Positions 1 to 8,756 of a stretch of 64,000 nt of DNA are shown one piece after another. The notes below the pieces were generated by a model that was not told the origin of the DNA, searched no databases, and saw only the letters and a program-made list of their open reading frames with translations. The translations under genes and the position numbers were made by a program. Source of the stretch: a bacterium (lineage in GTDB: Bacteria > SAR324 > NAC60-12); the NCBI GenBank assembly GCA_965209155.1, contig OZ242383.1, positions 832,001 through 896,000 on the forward strand, written 5' to 3'. The number at the start of each line of letters is the position of its first letter. Positions within the stretch are counted from its first letter, which is position 1.

Positions 1-1
1 G

Positions 2-607
2 CTGCCGATCGGCATCCTCTCGGCGATTCGCCAGGACTCATTCGGCGATTATGTGGCGCGTGGCCTTGCCATTCTCTTCATCTCTATCCCCAGCTTCTGG
101 ATGGCTACGGTCGTGATGGTCTATCCCGCTCTCTGGTGGGGGTGGTCCCCTCCCATGGATTATATTTCCTTCACGGAGGACCCGCTGGGAAACCTGGGGT
201 TATTGATCATCCCGGCAACGATCCTGGGTTTCGTTCTCTCGGGAACCACCATGCGGATGATGCGGGCGATGATGCTGGAAGTCCTGCGCCAGGACTACAT
301 CAGAACCGCGTGGGCCAAAGGATTCACCGAGAAGCTGGTTGTCATCAGGCACGCCCTCAAGAATGCTCTCATTCCGGTGGTCACGCTGGTGGGCTACCAG
401 GTACCCATCCTGGTCGGCGGTGCGGTCATTATTGAGCAGATTTTCACCCTGCCTGGAATCGGGCGACTCCTCGTCGATGCCCTTAGCCAGAGAGACTACC
501 CCGTCGTTTCTGCCGTTAACCTGGTTATTGGCACCATCGTCCTCGTCATCAATCTGCTGGTCGACCTGACCTACGCCTACCTGGATCCCAGGATTCGATA
601 CCACTAA
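2..607 (+). CDS. Dipeptide/oligopeptide ABC transporter permease (DppB/OppB-like), 5'-partial
   Basis: Frame is open from window start (LPIGILSAIRQDS...). EAA-type motif DYIRTAWAKG, RHALKNALIPVVT, and a C-terminal DLTYAYLDPRI. Confidence 0.93.
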   Translation: MPIGILSAIRQDSFGDYVARGLAILFISIPSFWMATVVMVYPALWWGWSPPMDYISFTEDPLGNLGLLIIPATILGFVLSGTTMRMMRAMMLEVLRQDYIRTAWAKGFTEKLVVIRHALKNALIPVVTLVGYQVPILVGGAVIIEQIFTLPGIGRLLVDALSQRDYPVVSAVNLVIGTIVLVINLLVDLTYAYLDPRIRYH

Positions 608-626
608 AGAAAAGAAATGATAAGCC

Positions 627-1529
627 ATGGCTGAAGCAACGAAGAAACGCTCCCCCCTTGTCGATTTTCTCTCCAGACTTTTCAGGGAGAAGCCTCTTGG
701 TGCCGCCGGCGCGGTGATCGTGGTGCTGCTGCTCTTCATCGGTATCTTCGCTGAGCAGCTGGCGCCCTATGACTATGCGGAGGTCAATATCATGGACAGG
801 CTGGCACCACCATCGGCAAAGCATTGGCTTGGCGCTGACCAGCTGGGACGGGACGTTCTCAGCCGTGTTATCCACGGGGCTCGTATCTCCGTGATTGTCG
901 GCCTGGTGGCAAGCCTCATCAACCTCGCCGTCGCGATGGTATTGGGCATCACCACTGGATTCTTCGGCGGCAAGTTCGACCTCATCGTGATGAGGATCGT
1001 CGATGCCTGGCTGGCCATCCCGGTGCTGCTGATCCTGATGACGGTGATGTCCCTGGTGGGGCGGGGTCTGCCGCAGATCATAGTGGTCTTGGGGATAGCC
1101 TCCGGCATTGGCAGTGCCAGGATACCGAAAAGCGCCGTCATAGCCATCAAGGAGAACCAGTACATGTTGGCCGCGAAGGCGATCGGTGTTCCCACCAGTC
1201 GCATCCTCCTCCGCCATGTCATGCCGAATATCATGGCTCCCCTGATCATCATATTCAGCACCAGCATCGGGGGTTTCATTTTATGGGAGGCCGCGCTGAG
1301 CTTCCTTGGATTCGGCCTTCCACCCGATATTCCCAGCTGGGGTGGTATGCTCAGCGGAGAAGGGCGCAGGTTCATGGAGATGGCTCCAGGTTTGGCGCTT
1401 TGGCCTGGGCTTGCCCTGACCATTGTTGTTTGGGGAGCGAACGTGTTTGGTGATGCCATGAGGGACTTGCTCGACCCCCGGTTGCGGGGCAGTTCCGGAA
1501 GTTACAACGCTGCGAAGGTGAAGCGCTAA
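627..1529 (+). CDS. Dipeptide/oligopeptide ABC transporter permease (DppC/OppC-like)
   Basis: HWLGADQLGRDVLSRVIHGARIS, EAALSFLGFG, PSWG and FGDAMRDLLDPR motifs. Confidence 0.95.
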   Translation: MAEATKKRSPLVDFLSRLFREKPLGAAGAVIVVLLLFIGIFAEQLAPYDYAEVNIMDRLAPPSAKHWLGADQLGRDVLSRVIHGARISVIVGLVASLINLAVAMVLGITTGFFGGKFDLIVMRIVDAWLAIPVLLILMTVMSLVGRGLPQIIVVLGIASGIGSARIPKSAVIAIKENQYMLAAKAIGVPTSRILLRHVMPNIMAPLIIIFSTSIGGFILWEAALSFLGFGLPPDIPSWGGMLSGEGRRFMEMAPGLALWPGLALTIVVWGANVFGDAMRDLLDPRLRGSSGSYNAAKVKR

Positions 1530-1597
1530 CGAGGGTTTGTCGATAATGGCAGGATTTAGGTTAAATTTCATTGAGCGTCCTGACCGCTTTCCCGGTG

Positions 1598-2770
1598 CTA
1601 GCTCGCGGCGGGTGCAACGAGTCCGAGGGCGATCAGTGAGTCCCCAGTCGCCTTGAGCGTGTCGCGCACAGCGTGCGTGCTGAGTCCCAATTCGCGTATC
1701 GCCTTGGTGCACCTGGCGTGGTGCAGGTCGGGTGTCTCGGGAGGCACATAATCGCCACCAACGCCATGGTCGGGATAGATCTCCCGCAGCGTATCGATCA
1801 ACTGTTGTACCGTGAGTTCGCCGGACTCGTCGGTCGCCACGAGCATGTACCGGGAGCCGTTCCGGGCTTCCGGACGCTCTGCCATCAACCGTTGCGATTC
1901 AGCGACGTCGCGGACGTCGACGATGTTCCACATCTCGTTGAAGCGACCCTCGTGTCCACCTTCACCACGCAGCATGACGCCGATCCGATTTTGCCAGCCC
2001 TGGTTCTGCGATGCGCCGAGAAGTGGCCCGAGCACATGACAGGGATTGCAGGCGACGAAGTCGATGCCGTGCTCCTCGCCCCATGCGGAGCCGTATTTCT
2101 CAGCATCGACCTTGCCCTTCGCATAAGCCCGATGTTCGACGTTCCACATCTTGTGAACCTTGCCGGTCCGCGAACTCGTGAACGTCCATCGCGAGTCGAG
2201 GGTCTCAAAGGGTCCCATGCCGGACCAGTCGGCCTCGCTGAACTCGTAGCCGTCGGCGGGCGCACCGCCCTCGCCGGGTCCGAAAATCGCTGCGCATGAC
2301 GATGTGTAGACCACGCGTTTAACGGTTCCTACTCGCGCGACGGAGTCGAGGAGACTCTGGGTCGTGGTCACACAGCCATCATATATACGCTGAGGGTCCG
2401 GGTGCCCGGAGCTGGCATCCCATCCTCGATACAGATAGGGAACAGATTCTCGGGGGTCCGGACGCCCGTTGCTGGGATCACTGCGGAAGTCGGCGGCGAC
2501 GTGGAAGACCGCCGAGCAGCCACGGAAGGCCTGGTCGTAGTCGCCCTCTGCTGCCTTGTAGAGATCGCAGGCGTAGAGTTCGACGCTTCCCGGACCTTTT
2601 GCGCCAATATCTTTCAGGTAAGAGACCTTGTCGTCTCGGCTCGTGTCTCGGACACAGGCGCGAACCGTGTAGCCGGCCTCGACGAGATTCTTCAGGACGT
2701 GGGATCCGATGTAACCGGACGCACCGGTGACGGCGACGGGTCCGTCGCCTGGGCCAGAGATGTTCGTCAT
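1598..2770 (-). CDS. NAD-dependent epimerase/dehydratase (dihydroflavonol/aldehyde reductase-like extended SDR)
   Basis: VAVTGASGYIGS Rossmann motif, VFHVA, VYTSS, YAKGK (YxxxK) and VDVRDVA. Markedly high GC. Confidence 0.9.
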   Translation of the reverse strand: MTNISGPGDGPVAVTGASGYIGSHVLKNLVEAGYTVRACVRDTSRDDKVSYLKDIGAKGPGSVELYACDLYKAAEGDYDQAFRGCSAVFHVAADFRSDPSNGRPDPRESVPYLYRGWDASSGHPDPQRIYDGCVTTTQSLLDSVARVGTVKRVVYTSSCAAIFGPGEGGAPADGYEFSEADWSGMGPFETLDSRWTFTSSRTGKVHKMWNVEHRAYAKGKVDAEKYGSAWGEEHGIDFVACNPCHVLGPLLGASQNQGWQNRIGVMLRGEGGHEGRFNEMWNIVDVRDVAESQRLMAERPEARNGSRYMLVATDESGELTVQQLIDTLREIYPDHGVGGDYVPPETPDLHHARCTKAIRELGLSTHAVRDTLKATGDSLIALGLVAPAAS

Positions 2771-2834
2771 GGGTATATGTTCCTCGTTTGGATGGATTGC
2801 GGACGCTCATGCTCGTGAGTACGGGTGTCCACAT

Positions 2835-3360
2835 TGGAAAATCAAAAATTTACAGAAGACCTTACCATTAAATCTATAGGAAAATCAAAAATTACATAAA
2901 ACGATAGCACCTGGGAATAGGTGTGTAAAGGCAAATTTTAGGGAGCCTTTTTTTGATTTTTTGGTAGGTTTCGTGGGTGGTTGTGTGTTCTGTTCAATGT
3001 TTCAGTGCTTTTTCTCTGTCCTGGTTTGAAAGGACGGATTTTAGACAAAGCAATCCCTGGGTTTTAGAATTCTCAAGATACCCATTGTTCATCAGCAAAA
3101 TAGATCTCGTCAAGAGGCATGTAATCCTCGTAATAGTCATTGGGATCATTGGATGGGCTTATAGATGGTAGGGGTGGTGCTCTTTGTGTATCCTCACCAA
3201 GATGCTTTACTATTTTTTTGAATTCCTGGTTTTTGGTAATGAACAGGAACGCCTGCCGGGCTGATCTTCATTTCCTTCCCGCAATTTGGGCATAATAGAG
3301 GGTCGACTTCGAAAATTTTATGAATCAAGCGCGCTCAGTTCGTACTGGCTTTAGCCTTTC
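2835..3360 (-). mobile_element. IS91/ISCR-family remnant: transposase C-terminus pseudogene plus oriIS-like end
   Basis: Minus strand reads N*ARLIHKIFEVDPLLCPNCGKEMKI (TGA in place of Trp at 3337-3335), then after a frame break FITKNQEFKKIVKHLGEDTQRAPPLP...YFADEQWVS* (stop at 3073). This is typical of IS91 transposase C-termini. It is followed by GTAATTTTTGATTTTCCTATAG. Confidence 0.75.
2901..2929 (-). promoter_or_regulatory. Putative sigma70 promoter in the IS91-remnant end, pointing into the SDR gene
   Basis: Minus strand TTTACA (2929-2924), 17-nt spacer, TGC-TATCGT (2906-2901). The same arrangement recurs at 43952-43980. Confidence 0.5.
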
Positions 3361-3856
3361 CTTAATACCTCACTAAATTCGTTTTAGGTTCCACCCACAA
3401 GATAGATGCAGCTTTAAAATCTGGATCCTCCTACCATTCATTGGCTCGAAAATGAGTCTATCGATTGGAGAGATGGAAGCTGAAGAACAAAGACATGTTA
3501 TATAAATCGTAACTATTCAGGTCTCTGAAAACCCGTTTAGTCAAATAACGTTGAAAAAAATTTCCGGAGAGGACTGATCGTTTTCAAGTCCTCCCACGAT
3601 ATTGTTCCATCGATCGGAAACCCTCTTCTTTCACTAAAACAACTTAGTGATGGTATGATTATAGCACTACTACTTGCATAATGTCAACCCCCAAATTAAA
3701 AAAAATGCAGGATTCGTAAAAAAAAATTAAAAATCTATCAATCAGGGAGATCCGCTTCTTTATGATCATGAGCCAAAAAGCGAAGGTTCACTCCACAATT
3801 CCGTGTTTTTTCCAATGGCGATAATGATCGTAAACGCTTTGCCAGGGAGGTAAATC

Positions 3857-3985
3857 ATGGAGGAGCATACTCCACTGACAACTCGTTTTCACGATCTACA
3901 AAATCGCATTGACGATGCTATGTTTGCCAGGAATACGTTTTGCCCGCAAGGGGCGAAACGTTTAAAAAAAGGGGAGTTTCAGTAA
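3857..3985 (+). CDS. Possible 42-aa small ORF inside the IS66 boundaries
   Basis: GGAGGT Shine-Dalgarno just upstream of ATG 3857. MEEHTPLTTRFHDLQNRIDDAMFARNTFCPQGAKRLKKGEFQ*. Confidence 0.3.
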   Translation: MEEHTPLTTRFHDLQNRIDDAMFARNTFCPQGAKRLKKGEFQ

Positions 3986-5526
3986 CAAGGAGGCGCAGGT
4001 AAAAGCTTGTCCCGGACTGGATCCGGGAGAGACAAAGCCTGTGTGAGCATCTCGAAGATGGATTTTCCCTGTTTTCTGGTAGTGGAAATAGCTCCTCGGA
4101 TGGTACAAAAAGCCTGTGATCCTTCAGCCGTTCGGAAGCCGCCTGAGATTTTCTGTTTCAATTTAACCATGCGAATATCTCGCTCGGCTTGGTTGTTGTC
4201 AAAAGGAACCCGGAAGTCATCCATGAATAACAAGCTTTCCTTTTCATAGAGGATCAAGCGATCGAGTAAATTTTTGGCTTTGCTCTGTTTGGGGCGTCCT
4301 CGTTTCTTTGTTTGAGGAGGGGGAGGATAGAGCTTAAGGGCTTCTTGGGTGATATCCCGATAGCGTTGCCGGAAGTGATCCAGTTGGATTGGACTCAAAG
4401 CAGATTGTTCTTTGAACTTGGCTTGGTCTACTTGCTCTTTGATCTCTACCAGTAAGTCGCTCATCTCCTGAGCCCAGAAGGCCTTTTCTTGTTCACAGGC
4501 CCGAGTGAGTTCACGTAAATGATGCGCATTGCAAAAGCCATGATCACACTCATAATGCTGGTAGCTCTCCCAGTGATCATGAATGGCTGTCTTTTCAAAC
4601 CGAGGCAGGATACCGGCAGCATCCATTCCGGCTCGACCCCGTTTGTCGTGGATAAAATAAAAGGTCAACTCTTCGGTAGAGGCTGAATGAAGCCAACGAC
4701 GTTGTTTGTTTTCAAAGAGGGAGGTTTCATCAAAATGAACCACCTCCGCTTGAATCAGAGCTTCAGCCACTTGTTGTTGCAAGGGATTAAGCCTCTGGGC
4801 GGCTTGCTGGAGGCTAGCATAAATCGTGGCCGCATTGAGCGGATGGCCGAACAGATCCTCAAAGAATTGCTGGCATCGATCAAAGGGCAGAAACTGATAT
4901 TGATTGAGATAAACCGCTAAGCCTTTGATCCGGGGACCATATTGAGTGGGTCCCTCAATCCCTGCTGGAAAGCTCGAGCGATTCAGATGCCGGCAGCAGG
5001 GACAAATTTTTTGTTCCACCTGATGCTCGGTGACCTCTAATTGGAGCGGGGGAAGATCAAACACTTGGCGTTTATGCCGGGCCTCAACCATCACCTGGGA
5101 TAAATCTTCTCCACAGGCTTCACAGGTGCTGACAAAATGAGGCTCCACATGATCTGGTGATTCACTGAAAGGCAAATGATGGCCTTTATGACCGGGTTGA
5201 CCTCCGCGAGAGCGACCCCTGCTTTTACGCAAACTTTTGTTCTTTCGACTTGGATCGCTGGAAGGAGGCTTACTTGAGTTTTGGCTGTTGAGAGCCAGCT
5301 GATCCCGAAGTTGCTTATTTTCTGCTTCGAGCGCTTCAATACGCTTATTTTCTATTTCGAGACGTTCGAGGAGTTTTAATCGCTCTTTCTTCCATTGCTC
5401 CCGTTCTTTTTCAAAGAGTTGACAGGCTTCTTGAAGAGCCTCAAGGGGGGCTGTCGATGAAATGGAATGAATATACTTATGAACTTTCGAGAGCATAATG
5501 TCCTTTCTGGACTTTATGCCATGCAA
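3979..5526 (-). CDS. IS66-family transposase
   Basis: N-terminal coiled coil, NSQNSSKPPSSD, GGQPGHKG, Zn-finger Cys pairs, HFDETS, CNAHHLREL and PFDNNQAERDIRMVKLKQKISGGFRT. Confidence 0.95.
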   Translation of the reverse strand: MHGIKSRKDIMLSKVHKYIHSISSTAPLEALQEACQLFEKEREQWKKERLKLLERLEIENKRIEALEAENKQLRDQLALNSQNSSKPPSSDPSRKNKSLRKSRGRSRGGQPGHKGHHLPFSESPDHVEPHFVSTCEACGEDLSQVMVEARHKRQVFDLPPLQLEVTEHQVEQKICPCCRHLNRSSFPAGIEGPTQYGPRIKGLAVYLNQYQFLPFDRCQQFFEDLFGHPLNAATIYASLQQAAQRLNPLQQQVAEALIQAEVVHFDETSLFENKQRRWLHSASTEELTFYFIHDKRGRAGMDAAGILPRFEKTAIHDHWESYQHYECDHGFCNAHHLRELTRACEQEKAFWAQEMSDLLVEIKEQVDQAKFKEQSALSPIQLDHFRQRYRDITQEALKLYPPPPQTKKRGRPKQSKAKNLLDRLILYEKESLLFMDDFRVPFDNNQAERDIRMVKLKQKISGGFRTAEGSQAFCTIRGAISTTRKQGKSIFEMLTQALSLPDPVRDKLLPAPPCY

Positions 5527-5570
5527 AATCTGTGCTTAAATCAATGGGGGATCTAAAGAATCCTAAATAG

Positions 5571-6065
5571 TTACGGAAAATTCAGATTTTTTTGTATTGC
5601 CCATATTTCGTCATGCTTGTCAGGGGAGAAAAACTGCGCAGGGTTGCCAACCGCCACCCAACCAATAGGTACCGTGTTTTCAGCTTCGACCACACTATCG
5701 ATATGAACCACCGCATTAATCCTGAGCTCAGCTAATGTTTTAATATGTGCGCCATTGAACACTGACACGCCTGTGGCAACGAACACTTCATCTTCAATAG
5801 TGCATCCGCAAATATGAGTGTGTGGGCCAATCATGACATTGCTACCAATGTGACAATGATGAAACCGTGAACTTCTTATAACAGCATTCTCCATAACAAC
5901 AGTGTTTGACCCAATGGTTATCACACCATCGTTTGCCGTGATTACGGCGCCGTGAAATATACAAGCTTCTGGTGCAATACGAACATCACCAGAAATAACA
6001 GCAGATTCCGCTATGTAAGCTAATGGTGAAATTTCAGGGTCACCCATATCAGGATGTTTGTTCAT
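5571..6065 (-). pseudogene. Gamma carbonic anhydrase / hexapeptide-repeat (CaiE/PaaY-like) gene, probably 3'-truncated by IS66
   Basis: Left-handed beta-helix repeats (AYIAESAVISGDVRI, IGSNTVVMENAVI, VAVGNPA). The stop codon is the TAA inside the IS66 TIR. Likely start is ATG 6065 with a GAAAGGAA RBS. Confidence 0.75.
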
Positions 6066-6118
6066 CGGTTTATTCCTTTCTACACCCTCTATCAAAGAAA
6101 ACAGCCACACTCGCCCGA

Positions 6119-6136
6119 AGATACCTGAATAGTTAC
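6119..6136. repeat. Solo IS66-type terminal inverted repeat
   Basis: ACCTGAATAGTTAC (6123-6136) is the exact reverse complement of 3509-3522; 17/18 match over 6119-6136. Confidence 0.75.
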
Positions 6137-6334
6137 TCCCGTAGAATGATCAGAAGGCTTTTAACAAGTTTGTACGATTACCGTCAACAAAAAAAATGAG
6201 ACCGATAAATAAAAAAGGAATCTTGAAGATTTTTCCCTGCGGTCGACGTGACACTCAAGGGTTCAACCTTTCAAACCATTAGACTTGACATATCTTCTAA
6301 AATATACGCAATTAATATTTCGGTAGGAGAAGAT

Positions 6335-7030
6335 ATGAATGAAATAATTACCCGTCTAAAGCAAGATCGACGGGAGAAACCAGCCTATACGATTCAAGAG
6401 GCGGCACACTATCTCATAGTGCCAAAAGCGACTATTCGCTATTGGTCTGTAGGTCGTGGTGATTATAAATCCCTCATTGAGGCTCCCGAACACTCGCCGC
6501 CACAACTTTCGTTTCTTAATCTTGCAGAGCTTCACATCCTTGCTGCTATCCGACGTAAATATGTCGTGAAGATGCCCAAGGTACGGACTGCACTCGAGTA
6601 TTTAATGAGGAATACTCAAAATGATTGGGAGAGACGGCACCCTTTGCTAAGCAATCAGTTTGAGACAGATAGGGTGCACTTGTTCATCAAGAAATATGGG
6701 CAATTGATCAATATTTCTCAAAACGGTCAATTCGTCATACAAGAGGTGATTTCTGCGGCTTTACATCGCATAGAAAGAGATACAAGTGGAATCCCCGTTA
6801 AACTTTATCCGTTTACTCGTAACGCTATAGAAGATACACCCGTAAAGATAGTCATTGACCCTGAATTATCGGCTGGTAGACCCGTGATTTCCGGTACTGG
6901 TTTGGCTACTGAATTAATTGCTGAACGGTACAAAGCGGGCGAGTGTATTCGTGAATTGGCACAAGATTATCAGCTGCAGGAAGATGTAATTGAAGAAGCG
7001 ATCAGGTGTGAACTCCGTACAGCAGCATGA
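6335..7030 (+). CDS. DUF433-domain protein (VapB45-like putative antitoxin with N-terminal HTH)
   Basis: PAYTIQEAAHYL HTH, LSFLNLAELH, and C-terminal IVIDPELSAGRPVISGTG...ELAQDY..IEEAIRCE. GGAG RBS before ATG 6335. Confidence 0.85.
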   Translation: MNEIITRLKQDRREKPAYTIQEAAHYLIVPKATIRYWSVGRGDYKSLIEAPEHSPPQLSFLNLAELHILAAIRRKYVVKMPKVRTALEYLMRNTQNDWERRHPLLSNQFETDRVHLFIKKYGQLINISQNGQFVIQEVISAALHRIERDTSGIPVKLYPFTRNAIEDTPVKIVIDPELSAGRPVISGTGLATELIAERYKAGECIRELAQDYQLQEDVIEEAIRCELRTAA

Positions 7031-7053
7031 AGAGTTGGTACTCTTGAAACCAA

Positions 7054-8727
7054 TCAGAGATTTTTCCGCAATTTACCCTGTTTCAATACATGATTTGCTA
7101 TTTTCAAGCCTGTCTTATTATGCCCGGCGAAAATTAGGTAGTACAATGGACGACCGTGGGTGCTGCAAATTTCTCTTGTATTAGAAACGTGTTTAAAAAC
7201 TTCTCCGAGCCGTTGACGGTACCACTTTACTAAAACTTCTCCAGAGTTTTGAGTCTTTGTGATGTTTTCCCCCAGCAGATCTTCCTCGGTCTTGTACAGT
7301 AGGTTGTACCATTCCCCGGTTCCGAAGTAGTGATCAAGTTTGTTGCGCTGATCAGGTGTGAACTGTCCATTTCTCTTAAGCAGACGCTGAATAGCCATAC
7401 CCACCGGAAAGTTTATGAAAACCTCTATGGCTTTGGTCTTTCCAATATTGACAATGGTATCCCAAGGAACTTGCATACCAAAAGGATCCAAGAAAATGAC
7501 ACCACGCCACTTACTCCATGTCATCGTCTTGAGTAATTTGTACAGATATTCGTTGCAGTCTTGTTCGCGTATGTAAATCCGTGGATTCATACTTTTGTAA
7601 CTATTCTTCAGTTCATGGAGTTGTTTTAGACGACTTGTATTAGTTTCAAGAAATATGTAGTCCGTAAAGGGTTTTTCCAACTCGAGAGCGACACGGGGAG
7701 ATCCACTAATATACTCAACTTTATTATCATCTTGACTAACATCGTTAAAAACTTCAAATAACGATTGTTGAGCAGAGTCATTTGATAGTTGTTGACGGAC
7801 TTTAAGTGTTCCTGGTCCCGCAAAAGCATCAATGTAGAAGTAACCTTTAAACTGCTGTTTACTAAGAATCGTCGTATAGGCATGTAGATATTTGCGTAGA
7901 CATTCCAGTTTCTCTCGTGCCCAGGGTCCAACGTCCAGCGATTCGTTTGCTTCATTTGTTGGCGCACCAACTGCTCGTAGCGGCACGTCAGGCACCGAGT
8001 TGAGTTCAATTTCCGGGTATTCCAGCCATTGGCGTCCATCGAGGAGGTTGCCACCGGCTTTGGGCGTGCGTCCACCCCACTGTTTGAAGAAGAAGGGAAC
8101 ATGCTGCGTCTGACACTGGTCGCGTAATGTTCGAATCCACTCTGGATTGACCGGTCGTGCTCCCGGTCCGCTCTCGCCCCCGGCGATTACCCAATGGACA
8201 TCCTTCAAATCCACCACGTCGAATGACCCGAGCAACGGTTCGAATGACACGAAACGCAGGGAGGCATTGGTTTGTTTCAACTGCTGCAGGCGCGTTAAGG
8301 CCGTGACGTTTTCGATGGAAACACCAAGCCAGATATGCGAAGGGACGGGCCGGCTTTGATAGCGCTGATTGACGAAACGGCGCATCAGCGAACTGCGTTT
8401 GGTGAGGACCTGGTAGACGTGCCAGTCCGCTCTTTCCATCGTATCGAATACGCGGTGGATGTAATCGAGAGGAATGTTTTTATGAAATAGATCGCTCATC
8501 GAATTGACGAAGATGAACTGTGAACGGCGCCAACGCATGGGGTACTCGAGTCGTTCAGGACGCAGCGTCAAATCAAAACCAGCTTCAAAGGGGTGTCCTT
8601 CAATGTCGCGAAAGCGTTCGGAAAGTCGCTCGGCATAGCAGTGGTCACAACCGGTGCTGATCTTGGTACAGCCGGTGACAGGGTTCCATGTGCTGTTGGT
8701 CCATTCGATGGCGCTTTTAAGAGACAT
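7054..8727 (-). CDS. Fusion of DUF5131/phage Gp37-Gp68 (Cx6Cx2C radical-SAM-like) domain with three-Cys-motif partner TcmP (putative SAM methyltransferase)
   Basis: N-half: IEWTNSTWNPVTGCTKISTGCDHCYA, FVNSMSDLFH, LTKR, SFEPLL, WVIAGGESG, FFFKQWGG. C-half: VGPWAREKL, YIDAFAGPG, GSPRVAL, FLDPFGMQVPW, YYLIFA. Start placed at MSLKS (8727) with an AAGGAA RBS. Confidence 0.9.
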   Translation of the reverse strand: MSLKSAIEWTNSTWNPVTGCTKISTGCDHCYAERLSERFRDIEGHPFEAGFDLTLRPERLEYPMRWRRSQFIFVNSMSDLFHKNIPLDYIHRVFDTMERADWHVYQVLTKRSSLMRRFVNQRYQSRPVPSHIWLGVSIENVTALTRLQQLKQTNASLRFVSFEPLLGSFDVVDLKDVHWVIAGGESGPGARPVNPEWIRTLRDQCQTQHVPFFFKQWGGRTPKAGGNLLDGRQWLEYPEIELNSVPDVPLRAVGAPTNEANESLDVGPWAREKLECLRKYLHAYTTILSKQQFKGYFYIDAFAGPGTLKVRQQLSNDSAQQSLFEVFNDVSQDDNKVEYISGSPRVALELEKPFTDYIFLETNTSRLKQLHELKNSYKSMNPRIYIREQDCNEYLYKLLKTMTWSKWRGVIFLDPFGMQVPWDTIVNIGKTKAIEVFINFPVGMAIQRLLKRNGQFTPDQRNKLDHYFGTGEWYNLLYKTEEDLLGENITKTQNSGEVLVKWYRQRLGEVFKHVSNTREICSTHGRPLYYLIFAGHNKTGLKIANHVLKQGKLRKNL

Positions 8728-8756
8728 GGGAAATTCCTTTTTTGCTAACTCACGTG

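Larger units (their letters stand above)
3509..5574 (-). mobile_element. IS66-family (single-ORF, ISBst12-like) insertion sequence
   Basis: TIR-like GTAACTATTCAGG at 3509-3521 and CCTAAATAGTTAC at 5562-5574 flank the transposase. No matching TSD found, so boundaries are uncertain. Confidence 0.7.

Noticed and set aside
2835..2895. CRISPR-like repeat pair with a 43-bp period
   Set aside because: Only two short AT-rich copies and no cas genes; better explained as IS91 end motifs.
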